Assembly (NCBI GenBank): GCA_044229845.1
Contig: JBGASG010000004.1
Coordinates: forward strand, 288,001 to 352,000
DNA from: Candidatus Obscuribacteraceae bacterium
Lineage (GTDB): Bacteria > Cyanobacteriota > Vampirovibrionia > Obscuribacterales > Obscuribacteraceae
Direction: 5' to 3'
DNA: 64,000 nt
In this document: in pieces, positions 1 to 9,111 of the stretch
Position numbering within the stretch: position 1 is the stretch's first letter
Layout: every line of letters begins with the position of its first letter
The notes under the pieces: generated by a model
Seen by the model: only the letters and a program-made list of their open reading frames with translations
What the model was told of the DNA's origin: nothing
The model's database searches: none
Program-made: the position numbers and the translations under genes

Positions 1-1589
1 CGCGCCCACCACCAGATTGGCTGCGTTAGAAAGCCCGCGATAGTGCGCGGAGGCAGTGGCTTCGCGGGCGGCTGCGGCGCACTCAGGGCGCCGAGCAACC
101 AACCTGGATCTTCACTGAGTCGCGGTCGGGCGATGTCGCTTTCGTAAACGCCACGATGTCCGTGTTTGGCAAGATATGCAAGCCAGAGTTCCTGAAACCT
201 CTGATCCTCCGGAACCTGCCCGGCCAGCACGGCCGCCCGCAGCGTCGCATCCGAAGCCACGAGATCACGCAGTGGAGCCAAGTCCGTGTACATCTGACTG
301 GAGATTGTCGAGTGCCTGGCTGTGTGCTCCTCAAGTACGTTCAGACGTCGCAGTATCGCCAGTGGTGCGCTCATGGCGGCCGTCAGCGCCTGCATGTTTC
401 GCACAATAGAACAGTACAGCCATTGCAGCAGTTGCACGCATTCGCTGACCGTGCCCCGCTCTTCGCTGGTCCTGCGAAACATTTGTTCCGTGGCAGCGCG
501 GGCTCTACCGGTAGCCTGAAGTTGCGACATGCCCATCGCCAACAGCACCGGCAGTTTCCTGACCAGTCGTCCACCGTTGAGCGTATTGCCACCGTAGTCG
601 ACACCACCGATGTTTCTGGTCACGAGGGTGCTGGGCAGTCCCAGGATGCGCATCATGTCTGTGAGAAGCGAGAGGTTGATCAGCGGGCGACCGGCGAAGA
701 CCTCGATGAACGGTCGTCCAGCCGGCAGCGTCCCGTCGAATTCGCGGTAGTAATCGAAGAGCTTATCCGCGCACGACGCAATCAAACTGGTCATGAACGG
801 AGACGGCAGATCAGGCAGTATTTCGCGATGATTCGCCAGAGTGAAAGCCTCATTGCGACGGCTGTGCCGCGTGATCGGGCGAATCTGCACCAGATAGCAG
901 TGAGCACCGTTGTCCGCCCATTCGATATCCCAATCTCCCTCGCCGAACAGGAGACGCACATCGCGCAGCAACAGTTGCAACCGCTGAAGAAACGGCTGCA
1001 CGCTCGCGGACTCCGGCAGTGACTTTTCAAACGAGCGCAGCTTGGGTAGGCTCGTCGCATCACCGGCAACCTGTCCGGAAACGAGAGCTTCCGCGGTGCC
1101 CGCGCAGTAGTTGATCAGGTCGTCTTCAAAATCCCGCTCGGTGAAGGCAACCCCTGCCTTCATCGCATCCACCATGCTCATGATCATTATGTCGCGGCGG
1201 ATGCCCTGCCCGTGCGCATCGGCGGAGTGCCAGACGTCGATGAACGCGTCTCCCACGTCAGCCTGATCGACAAACAGCTTCGACTTGAAGTGCCCAGCCA
1301 TCGCGCTGCCTTGCGTATCTTCGGCAGAGAATGCGGAGCGCACCGCATACGGTTCTCTAATTCCCAGAGTGGTCAGCCTCTCCACGAGCTGCTGGGAAAT
1401 GCGTGTCAGTTTCTGGTCCAGGTCTGGAGAGCCGGCGAGCAATCCGTCAAAAGTTTCGTCCAACACGAGAATTCCATTCGGCACCATCAGGTTGGCCCGC
1501 TTAGCCCGGTCAAGCAGACGCCCCTTGTTGCCCACCGCATCGCGCTGCGCGTTTCCCGTGCCGAGAACTGCGAATTCCAGTTTGCTCAT
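1..1589 (-). CDS. PEP-utilising enzyme (PPDK_N ATP-grasp domain; rifampicin phosphotransferase/PEP synthase-like), runs off window start
   Basis: Absent from the ORF track, consistent with no stop in the window. Hand translation from ATG 1589 gives VGNKGRLL, YAVRSAFSAED..SAMAGHF, WDIEWADNG..YLVQIRPIT, then NHREILPDLPSP. ATGA overlap with the upstream hydrolase stop. Confidence 0.85.
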   Translation of the reverse strand, partial: MSKLEFAVLGTGNAQRDAVGNKGRLLDRAKRANLMVPNGILVLDETFDGLLAGSPDLDQKLTRISQQLVERLTTLGIREPYAVRSAFSAEDTQGSAMAGHFKSKLFVDQADVGDAFIDVWHSADAHGQGIRRDIMIMSMVDAMKAGVAFTERDFEDDLINYCAGTAEALVSGQVAGDATSLPKLRSFEKSLPESASVQPFLQRLQLLLRDVRLLFGEGDWDIEWADNGAHCYLVQIRPITRHSRRNEAFTLANHREILPDLPSPFMTSLIASCADKLFDYYREFDGTLPAGRPFIEVFAGRPLINLSLLTDMMRILGLPSTLVTRNIGGVDYGGNTLNGGRLVRKLPVLLAMGMSQLQATGRARAATEQMFRRTSEERGTVSECVQLLQWLYCSIVRNMQALTAAMSAPLAILRRLNVLEEHTARHSTISSQMYTDLAPLRDLVASDATLRAAVLAGQVPEDQRFQELWLAYLAKHGHRGVYESDIARPRLSEDPGWLLGALSAPQPPAKPLPPRTIAGFLTQPIWWWA

Positions 1590-2323
1590 CGGGCTGCAAG
1601 TTCCCTGGCGATGCGCGCCACCACCGTCGCGTAATCCTGTGGTTGTTCGATCATCGGCCAATGCGTCCATGCCTCGACGATCTGTGTTGATGAGTGAGGA
1701 AACAACTTCGCGAATTCCGGTGCGTGTGTCGAGGAGAGAACTCGGTCTTGCCCTCCCCATAGAATACAGGCTGGGAGCGCAATCGGCCCAAGCGACGAGA
1801 ACCACTGGTGAGTGATGAGATGAAACATCTCCTCGAACACCGAGCACGAGACGTACTCGTTGAAGAATTGTTCGACAAAGTCCTTGGGCACAGCCCTAGC
1901 GAATAGCCTGGCAGCAAAGTAGGGACGAAGCAAGCGATTCGTGAAGATCGCCTTGCCAAGCCGTGCCATGCCCGGCAGCAACATCAGCTGAGGAAACTGT
2001 CGCCTGTCGAGAAACGCTCCCACCGGCGCATGCAGAATGATTCCGTCCAGCGCATCGGGAAACTGCTGCGCCAATTGCAGCCCCAATGAACCACCGATAC
2101 CGTGTCCGAGAAGAATCCGCGGGCGAGGTTCACGCTCAACAATGGTGCGCAGCGCGTTGCCATAGTCATCGATTGTTTTTAGAGCGGCATCGCGCGGCTC
2201 CCCCGCGAATCCAGGCAATGTCGGCGCCACGAATATCACATCAGACGGAAAGTACTGAGCGGCGCGCTGAAAGCGAAATCCGCCACCACCATTTCCATGA
2301 ATCGCAATTACCGCGACGCTCAA
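1586..2323 (-). CDS. alpha/beta hydrolase fold protein with non-canonical nucleophile elbow (GHGIGG)
   Basis: IHGNGG, LPGFAG, LLGHGIGG, ILWGGQDRV and THWPMIEQP motifs. Confidence 0.85.
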   Translation of the reverse strand: MSVAVIAIHGNGGGGFRFQRAAQYFPSDVIFVAPTLPGFAGEPRDAALKTIDDYGNALRTIVEREPRPRILLGHGIGGSLGLQLAQQFPDALDGIILHAPVGAFLDRRQFPQLMLLPGMARLGKAIFTNRLLRPYFAARLFARAVPKDFVEQFFNEYVSCSVFEEMFHLITHQWFSSLGPIALPACILWGGQDRVLSSTHAPEFAKLFPHSSTQIVEAWTHWPMIEQPQDYATVVARIARELAAR

Positions 2324-2357
2324 TTTGTCACTTGAACGATTTCATTCAAAGTTTGTA

Positions 2358-2588
2358 TCACGCATTGAACTCTGGTGTGATATCCACTCCCTCGAAGGAT
2401 GGTGCATTGAAGAGGTGAGCCTTTAGTCCAGTGCTTTTGCGACTCGTTCGATTATACTCCGTCGCCGAAATGACGAAGACCTCGTCTTTGTGCCGTCGTA
2501 TCCGTTGCGGTCCTTTCGTCAGAGCAAGATTGACCACCTCAGAAAGTCTATTCTGTGCTTCGGCAAAATTCCAATCTGTCAATTGCAA
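2358..2588 (-). CDS. Phd/YefM-family antitoxin (orphan)
   Basis: WNFAEAQNRLSEVVNLALTKGPQRIRRH..VFVIS..EY pattern; no adjacent toxin gene. Confidence 0.8.
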   Translation of the reverse strand: MQLTDWNFAEAQNRLSEVVNLALTKGPQRIRRHKDEVFVISATEYNRTSRKSTGLKAHLFNAPSFEGVDITPEFNA

Positions 2589-2603
2589 TTCCTTATCAGG
2601 CGG

Positions 2604-3347
2604 TCACGGCTTTTGGAGACTAGTATTAACCGTCGAGAAAAAGGTTCCTCGTTCGATGCGCTTTAAGGCTCTTGGATGAGGCAGGCGATCATAGTCAAGT
2701 ACGCCGATCTCGCGACCGGACAGCTTATCTCGCCATTCCTGCGCTGTGTCCGCGTTCATCAATGAGATTTCCTCACCAACCTCGATATCTGCTGTAGCAC
2801 AGCTGCCTATGAACAAAGCCTTGGACCGAAATTCGGGATCACTGGCATCCAAAATTGCGTTAAACGCCTCCCCGCTACCCATGCACACAATGTACACGAA
2901 ACATGCATCAGGAGCGCCGTCCCTCCGAATGAGTTCCCCCGCTTGTCCACACTCAAAGCAAACGATAAATGTGTGGGATTCACACCCTTTAGAAAAGCGA
3001 ATTACGTGGTGAGGATTGAAGCAAAGAGCCGAATGACTGCCTGTATCAACAGCCAAACGGAAGGCTGATATTAGGACCTTCTTGGTCTCCTCCGTTTTTA
3101 TCTGAGCGTGCGCCAGAATTGGGTAGCCTTGGATGCCGCTGGGGTCAGGCTTTTCCGGATGGGCCGGAATCGCATAAAGATCGACTTGGTCGGCATGGAG
3201 CATAAACTCAATTTCTTCTTCAGTAACATGTTTGGCGATAGTTGCCTTGGGCATTTCCTCCGCTTGAGCGATGGTGGCGATCCCAAATGCAATCAGGATC
3301 GCCAGAAAAGAAGCGAAACGCACAGTAGGAATTAGGATTGAGTGCAT
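2604..3347 (-). CDS. secreted hypothetical protein with CFxPHH...CFEC motif
   Basis: Signal peptide ending AQA; CFNPHHVIRF and IVCFECG. Confidence 0.65.
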   Translation of the reverse strand: MHSILIPTVRFASFLAILIAFGIATIAQAEEMPKATIAKHVTEEEIEFMLHADQVDLYAIPAHPEKPDPSGIQGYPILAHAQIKTEETKKVLISAFRLAVDTGSHSALCFNPHHVIRFSKGCESHTFIVCFECGQAGELIRRDGAPDACFVYIVCMGSGEAFNAILDASDPEFRSKALFIGSCATADIEVGEEISLMNADTAQEWRDKLSGREIGVLDYDRLPHPRALKRIERGTFFSTVNTSLQKP

Positions 3348-3464
3348 CCGCAGAAGTTTGGGTCTCTATGAGGCGAGCATTTTGCCAGTCGGCTTCGGTT
3401 ATGGGAGTATTGTAGTATCAACAGGGCAGGTCGCGCTCTTCGCAGCGCGAATCCACGTGCAACC

Positions 3465-4100
3465 ATGACCCGAACCATGCAAGACAAAAGAAGACTTTTC
3501 TTCGGCAACCGGAAGAAGAATGTCATCGTGACAATCAGCGGCACGATAGTGATCCTCGCGCTCCTGGAATTGTGGATTGCAGCTAAAACCGTCTTGTCCG
3601 CGTTAGGCTTATCCTCAGCACTTCTAGTACTTCTAGCACCGATCGCTTTATTGTGGCGTTATCCGATTGCAATGTTTTTTGTGATGATCGGATATCCGAA
3701 TTTGACATGTAAAGTCAATTTTCTTCTCTTCAATCGCTGCTTCGGAAAACTTCCCGAACCAGGGTTAGCGCTAGGGATTCTAGTCGTTACGGTACCGATT
3801 ATTGTATCGCTTGTGCTTCCATCGACCCAGATACCACTTTTGCAATTGCAGATGCCGCCCTGGCTTGACGGCAGTTTCGTATACGCCTTCGGGTACCGAG
3901 CTGGTCTCGTCTGGCACTGTTGCGTGTGCGCATCTTGCCTGATACTCATGGATGCAGCCGGATTTTTGCTCATTCGAGCTTACTACCAAGAGAGGTTCAG
4001 CTGGTCGACATTTTGCTGGTTCGTTCTGGCAGACGTTCTATGCTCTCCATTGCTAGATTGGATCAGCATATTCTACAGAGTGTGGCCTAATGAACCCTAG
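3465..4100 (+). CDS. multi-pass membrane hypothetical protein (possible immunity protein)
   Basis: About 5 hydrophobic segments; convergent 48-nt overlap with 4053-5255. Confidence 0.55.
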   Translation: MTRTMQDKRRLFFGNRKKNVIVTISGTIVILALLELWIAAKTVLSALGLSSALLVLLAPIALLWRYPIAMFFVMIGYPNLTCKVNFLLFNRCFGKLPEPGLALGILVVTVPIIVSLVLPSTQIPLLQLQMPPWLDGSFVYAFGYRAGLVWHCCVCASCLILMDAAGFLLIRAYYQERFSWSTFCWFVLADVLCSPLLDWISIFYRVWPNEP

Positions 4101-5255
4101 CTGTTTCAGTATGGCGCTATGTTCCCTCTCTGCGACGAATTTACCCGCGGCATTGAAGTGCCCGAGTTCCTTAATCCGACCAGCTGCAACCGCCTGAGCA
4201 TGAGTACTAATATGCATTTCTGGAGAATACATAAGCAATTTGTTTTCGGGTGGAGGCGTTAGGAGGAAGCTTCTGAAGTTTGGATTGAGATTCACTAATT
4301 GGTCAGCTTGGTGAATATCGTCATAGGAAAATTCGGAATAACCCTTTCGGTGCGGGTGTGAGTGGATGATTGCATCGAGTTTATACTGATTCGTTGCCAT
4401 CTGCACCAAATCACTAGCCGTGTGATTCTCACTCTGGTCTGGGGCGGTCTCGGGAGATGTCGTGTACCACAAGCTGCTTGCCGACAGAGGTCCCCCAGAT
4501 TGGCGCCCGAAGGCGACGTGAAACTCGCCCCCTTCTGTGCGCCTGGGATCATTCAGGATCGAGTTACAGCTCTCGAGAATGCCCTGCCCCACTGAAGGCA
4601 CCGGATGAATCTCTCCATAGGATTTGCCAAACCAACCTTTTGTTACCTCTGCCGCAGGTACTCCATGCTTTTTGGTTAAGTCCCAAATGATTCCATTTAG
4701 AAAATCCGTAGGTCTCTCATCCGGTGCCGGCTTAACGTCAGCGGCATCAGATTTTTTGTCAGGAGATTTTTTGTCAGAGCTCGGGTTCAAGGCTATCAGG
4801 TCGATATCTTGTGCTCCATTGAGTTTAGTGGGCTGGGAAAAGCCCATTAGTTCTTTTGCTTTACGCATCATGTAGTCAATCGAAAAAACGCTCTGGAGGC
4901 GCTCGCGTTCCTCCGCCGTCGGGGCGTCCTTCGTGGCTGCTTGCAATCCAATTAGAAACGACAGCCGCGGGCGGTAGGAATTCTCCATACCGTGTTCGCC
5001 GCTTGCTGTGTAGATGCGCCCCTTTTCTTTATCTTCGATGGCAAACTCTGATACCGCCTGCCCTTGCTTCGAAACCGCGGAAAGGAATTGATCATTACCG
5101 CCCGAAAATGTTTTGAACTTCGGTTCGTAAGGCGCGGCTTGCGGATCGTCTGTGATGGCGTCCTTCGCTATGTGTCCGCTGAGAAGAATCGTTTCCTTCG
5201 GGTGGTCGTCAAATTTATCGCCACCGCTCCCGCTCTCCTTGCCTTTTCCGACCAT
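4053..5255 (-). CDS. putative polymorphic effector: conserved N-terminal domain plus JAB/MPN (DUF4329-like) C-terminal domain
   Basis: N-terminus shared with the gene at 14129; C-terminus EGGE...IIHSHP...FSYDD...FLLTP...LLMYSP. Confidence 0.7.
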   Translation of the reverse strand: MVGKGKESGSGGDKFDDHPKETILLSGHIAKDAITDDPQAAPYEPKFKTFSGGNDQFLSAVSKQGQAVSEFAIEDKEKGRIYTASGEHGMENSYRPRLSFLIGLQAATKDAPTAEERERLQSVFSIDYMMRKAKELMGFSQPTKLNGAQDIDLIALNPSSDKKSPDKKSDAADVKPAPDERPTDFLNGIIWDLTKKHGVPAAEVTKGWFGKSYGEIHPVPSVGQGILESCNSILNDPRRTEGGEFHVAFGRQSGGPLSASSLWYTTSPETAPDQSENHTASDLVQMATNQYKLDAIIHSHPHRKGYSEFSYDDIHQADQLVNLNPNFRSFLLTPPPENKLLMYSPEMHISTHAQAVAAGRIKELGHFNAAGKFVAEREHSAILKQLGFIRPHSVEYADPI

Positions 5256-5444
5256 ACCGCACCACCGACTGAGCTATCGTTCAGGTTATATACCCAAGGA
5301 GTGCAATCCTGGTGCTTCTTGCCCCTCAGAGTAGACCCTTCGCAGTCCAGTCGACTTTAGCATCCGGTCGCTTGTGAGTTACATACCTCTGCGTTCGTTC
5401 TGTCTTCAACGTGGAATAAATCCGAAGCCAACGGATTTGCACAC

Positions 5445-7619
5445 ATGCCCGAAGACCATACAGTGCAGCGCGACGAACAGCTCCAGTCACCGACCCAACT
5501 GCGGCGGGGCACGGTGTTGGACGGTAAATATGAGATTACCGATTACCTCGGCTCCGGTGGCATGGGCGCGGTGTACAAAGCCCGGCAGACCGACTTCGAC
5601 CGGTCTGTCGCCATCAAAACTCTGCATGCTCGGTTCACTTCTGATGTATCAGCCGTTAAGCGGTTTCAACGCGAAGCGCGCATCATCTCGCAATTGACGC
5701 ACAAGAACATCCTCGCCGTTTACTCATTTGGCGGACACCAGGATTTCATCTATCTGGCGATGGAGTATGTGCAGGGTACTTCGCTGGGACGTCTGCTGGC
5801 GGAGAAGGGCAAGATGACGCCGGAGCAGGCGCTCCCGATGCTCTTGCAAGTCTGCGACGGCATGGAACACGCCCACAAACACGAAGTGCTGCATCGCGAT
5901 TTGAAACCGGACAACGTGATGATCGTGACCTCTGGGCTTGCGGGTTCAGTTGTGAAGGTCGTGGACTTCGGGTTGGCAAAGTTGATGGATGGTCCCGATG
6001 GTCAGCGCCTGACGCGCACGGGCGAGGTCGTGGGAGATCCGCGCTACATGAGCCCGGAGCAGTGCGGGGGAGAAACTCTCGACGTGCGGTCAGATATCTA
6101 TTCCTTCGGTTGCTTGATGTACGAAGCATTGACTGGTAAGTGGCCGTTCGATGCCGATGATCCCGTAGCGATTCTGCATAAGCATATCGAACAAGATCCG
6201 GAACCATTCGCAAAACGGCTCGGGCTGCCGCCCGCCATTGAGGCAATAACTTTTACGGCAATGGCAAAAAATGCCAAAGACAGATACGAATCTTTTGGTG
6301 CAGTTGCGAAAGCACTACAGGATTTCGCCAGCAACCCGAATGCAAAGGTGGCTGCACCAGCAAGACGTGCCCGCGGGAAGAAACCTTCGAAGCTCGCTTT
6401 GGCAGGGATTGCCGTCGCTGTCGGTGTCGTCGCTGTCGGCGGCGCAGCCGCGCTTTTCGTAAGTCCATCGGATTGGTCGATTCTCCCGACCAAGTTGCAG
6501 TATCAAGCAGCAAGTTCACCCGGAGAAAAACTCAAAACCGGCATGCAACTAGGCGAGTACTACCTCGCGCACAACGCGCTTGACGAGGCGGCTGGCTACT
6601 TCACGGCAGTCAGAAAGCTGGCGGAGGCTGCCAATGACCGCGAAGCGAGTTTCTACAGCACCGCTGGGCTCAGTCAAGTTTTCGCCAAACAAGGGCGAGA
6701 GTCCGATGCGAGCAGTGCTGCAGTGTCATCCATCGCAACCGGACTCAATATGATCAATGCAGGGAACACAGACCGCAAGGTGTGTTACACAATCTGCACA
6801 GTGCTGCCGCTGTACAGCAGATCAGCGCCAGGCGACATGGTTGCCGCGGCTCACGAAGTCGCGAACGTTTACATAACACACAAACAACTGTCCAACGCGC
6901 GCACCGTGCTGGAGCAAGTGGCACCGATCGGAAACGGCGCCGCGAGGACATCAACGCTGATATTGCTCGGCGACCTCAGTCTGCGCATGAATGACAGAGC
7001 GAAGGCACAGCAATACTTCGGCGCGGCCGCCGCTATGGCGGAAAGTGCACAACCTAAGGCTGTGATACTGCAGATGGTCGGCGCCAGAGCTATGGCAGGC
7101 GGCGATGGGGAATTGGCAGCTGACTATTTCAAACAGGCATTGCAACTTACACCGAAAGCGATAGGTGCCCCTTTCGTTATGCTGCAACTACAGGTCGCGG
7201 ATTGCTACGCATCGACACAGAATTTGCGAGCAGCCAAACAGGCATACTCCGATGCGCTTGGGTACGCGCGCACTTTACCCAATGCGGAACCTCTGGTTAT
7301 CCGCAGCCTGCACGGGCTTGGTCAGGTGGAATACCACCTGGCGGATCACGCAGGCGCGGAAAACGCGTTCAAAGAAGAAGTAAGTGTTATCACTCACAGT
7401 CCAGCGCCAGATGTCGCTCAGCTAGCCAATGCAACATGCATGTTGGGCGACTCGCTAAGTAGGCAGAAAAAGTACTGCGAGGCGGCATCTCAATTCGAGC
7501 GGACCATGCAAATCATCACCGCCACTCCAAATCAGAACTCCTTAAATGAGCTGCTAGCTACGGCTACTGAAAAACATCGCACAAATGTCATCGATTGTGC
7601 CAACAGCAAGGGCAAGTAA
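5445..7619 (+). CDS. Hanks-type Ser/Thr kinase, transmembrane segment, TPR-like C-terminus
   Basis: LGSGGMGAVY, VAIK, HRDLKPDN, DFG, YMSPEQ, DIYSFG; hydrophobic segment followed by helical repeats. Confidence 0.95.
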   Translation: MPEDHTVQRDEQLQSPTQLRRGTVLDGKYEITDYLGSGGMGAVYKARQTDFDRSVAIKTLHARFTSDVSAVKRFQREARIISQLTHKNILAVYSFGGHQDFIYLAMEYVQGTSLGRLLAEKGKMTPEQALPMLLQVCDGMEHAHKHEVLHRDLKPDNVMIVTSGLAGSVVKVVDFGLAKLMDGPDGQRLTRTGEVVGDPRYMSPEQCGGETLDVRSDIYSFGCLMYEALTGKWPFDADDPVAILHKHIEQDPEPFAKRLGLPPAIEAITFTAMAKNAKDRYESFGAVAKALQDFASNPNAKVAAPARRARGKKPSKLALAGIAVAVGVVAVGGAAALFVSPSDWSILPTKLQYQAASSPGEKLKTGMQLGEYYLAHNALDEAAGYFTAVRKLAEAANDREASFYSTAGLSQVFAKQGRESDASSAAVSSIATGLNMINAGNTDRKVCYTICTVLPLYSRSAPGDMVAAAHEVANVYITHKQLSNARTVLEQVAPIGNGAARTSTLILLGDLSLRMNDRAKAQQYFGAAAAMAESAQPKAVILQMVGARAMAGGDGELAADYFKQALQLTPKAIGAPFVMLQLQVADCYASTQNLRAAKQAYSDALGYARTLPNAEPLVIRSLHGLGQVEYHLADHAGAENAFKEEVSVITHSPAPDVAQLANATCMLGDSLSRQKKYCEAASQFERTMQIITATPNQNSLNELLATATEKHRTNVIDCANSKGK

Positions 7620-7627
7620 CGGTCAGT

Positions 7628-8050
7628 TCACAGCGCTCGTTGTAAAAAGTATCTCTGATGAGAACTTGGGAAATCGTCCAGGGTTCCAAATATCGTATAA
7701 CCCAACTTCTCGTAAAACGGCAGCGCTTGAAAGCTGAAAGTGTCGAGCCATGCATGGTGGCAGCCGCGACGCCGAGCTTCATCATGAGCTGCTTCCAACA
7801 GCTTGGTTCCCCAACCAGATTTGCGGACACTTTCATCGACAGCCAAGTTTTCGATGAATAGCCAACCAAAGTACGTATGCCCCTCCAGTCCGCCGAGTAC
7901 CGTTCCCTGCGAATCCTTGAGAAGCAGTATCAGTTTCCTGAAGCTGGAGACCCCGACCTCGCTCTTGTTGTAAGCACGCAAGATAGCGAAGAACGATTCC
8001 ATCTCCTCTTTCGGAGGGGTTTCTTCGAAATGCTGTTCGAGAACTATCAC
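7628..8050 (-). CDS. GNAT acetyltransferase
   Basis: LAVDESVRKSGWGTKLL, LDTFSFQALPFYEKLGY. Confidence 0.9.
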   Translation of the reverse strand: MIVLEQHFEETPPKEEMESFFAILRAYNKSEVGVSSFRKLILLLKDSQGTVLGGLEGHTYFGWLFIENLAVDESVRKSGWGTKLLEAAHDEARRRGCHHAWLDTFSFQALPFYEKLGYTIFGTLDDFPSSHQRYFLQRAL

Positions 8051-9108
8051 TGCTCACGAGCGCCGCGCATGCTACGCAGCGGTGCAGTGATTTTCCAGGA
8101 TGTGCTATTCCGCATATCGCTCAACTGAGCCTCCAGCAATTCCCGCTCGCCCCGAGTGCGACACCTCAAATCATCGAACTGAGCAAGAACATCCGTCAAA
8201 TACCTCAGCGTTCGATACGCGAGTTCCTTATAGCCCTGCGCTAACATCCGAGCGTCGGCATAGACAGGCATTTCCAGAATCTGCGGGAGCGTTATGCCTT
8301 CGTCTTTGATCAAGTGATTTAGCTCCAGAGCGATGGTTTCGCACGCCCGCGCATAGATTTGCTCTGATGATTCGCCAAAGTCCTCGAGAAATCCTCGATA
8401 CTTCTTACCGAGCGCGAGAATGTCTAGCGCAAACAGCAATTGACTGAGGTTTTTCGACGTGCTGCTTTCCTCGTGCCGCCGAAAGCTGCACAGGACCTCG
8501 TCGATGTAGAAGTACTGAGCATCCATCAATATCCGAAACCAGTATTCGATATCTCCGTAGTGGAAAAACTGCGTGTCAAAACCACTCCCGGTTCGGTCTG
8601 CACGAAACATCACTGTACTCGGCTCGCCGACCCAGTTCGTCCATCGAAGCAGGTTGTACAGCACCACTTCGCGCCCCGAAATTTTCCGGCTACTCGGGAA
8701 CGGATGAAGCGTCTTCGTGACCGAGCCGTTTTTGTCTATCCATTGCTTTGCAGTGCTGATCAAAGTAACATCCGGGCTTTGCTCAAAGCGCGCGAGCATT
8801 CGCTCGAGCATTGAGGGCTCCAACTTGTCATCTTGCGCAAATGGTTTGATAAAAGCCCCTGTCGCACTCTCCAGACAGCGATTGTAATTAGCAAACAATC
8901 CCTTATTGGAATCATTGACCCAAGCGTTAATGCGGCTATCTTGCTTCGCATATCGGCTGATCACAGTCCAGCTATCGTCATCCGAACAGTCATCACCAAT
9001 CAAGAGTTCCCAATCCGGTGTGGATTGTGCCAACACGCTCTCGATTGCCTCTGGCAAGTAGCGAGAACCGTTGTAGACAGGCAGAAGCACAGACACACGG
9101 GGAGCCAC
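8047..9108 (-). CDS. GT2 glycosyltransferase
   Basis: VSVLLPVYN, DDCSDD, QDD; C-terminal coiled coil ending STSWKITAPLR. Confidence 0.92.
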   Translation of the reverse strand: MAPRVSVLLPVYNGSRYLPEAIESVLAQSTPDWELLIGDDCSDDDSWTVISRYAKQDSRINAWVNDSNKGLFANYNRCLESATGAFIKPFAQDDKLEPSMLERMLARFEQSPDVTLISTAKQWIDKNGSVTKTLHPFPSSRKISGREVVLYNLLRWTNWVGEPSTVMFRADRTGSGFDTQFFHYGDIEYWFRILMDAQYFYIDEVLCSFRRHEESSTSKNLSQLLFALDILALGKKYRGFLEDFGESSEQIYARACETIALELNHLIKDEGITLPQILEMPVYADARMLAQGYKELAYRTLRYLTDVLAQFDDLRCRTRGERELLEAQLSDMRNSTSWKITAPLRSMRGAREQ

Positions 9109-9111
9109 GGT

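Noticed and set aside
156..1022. 288-aa plus-strand ORF
   Set aside because: Antisense shadow of the PEP-utilising enzyme, which carries real motifs on the minus strand.
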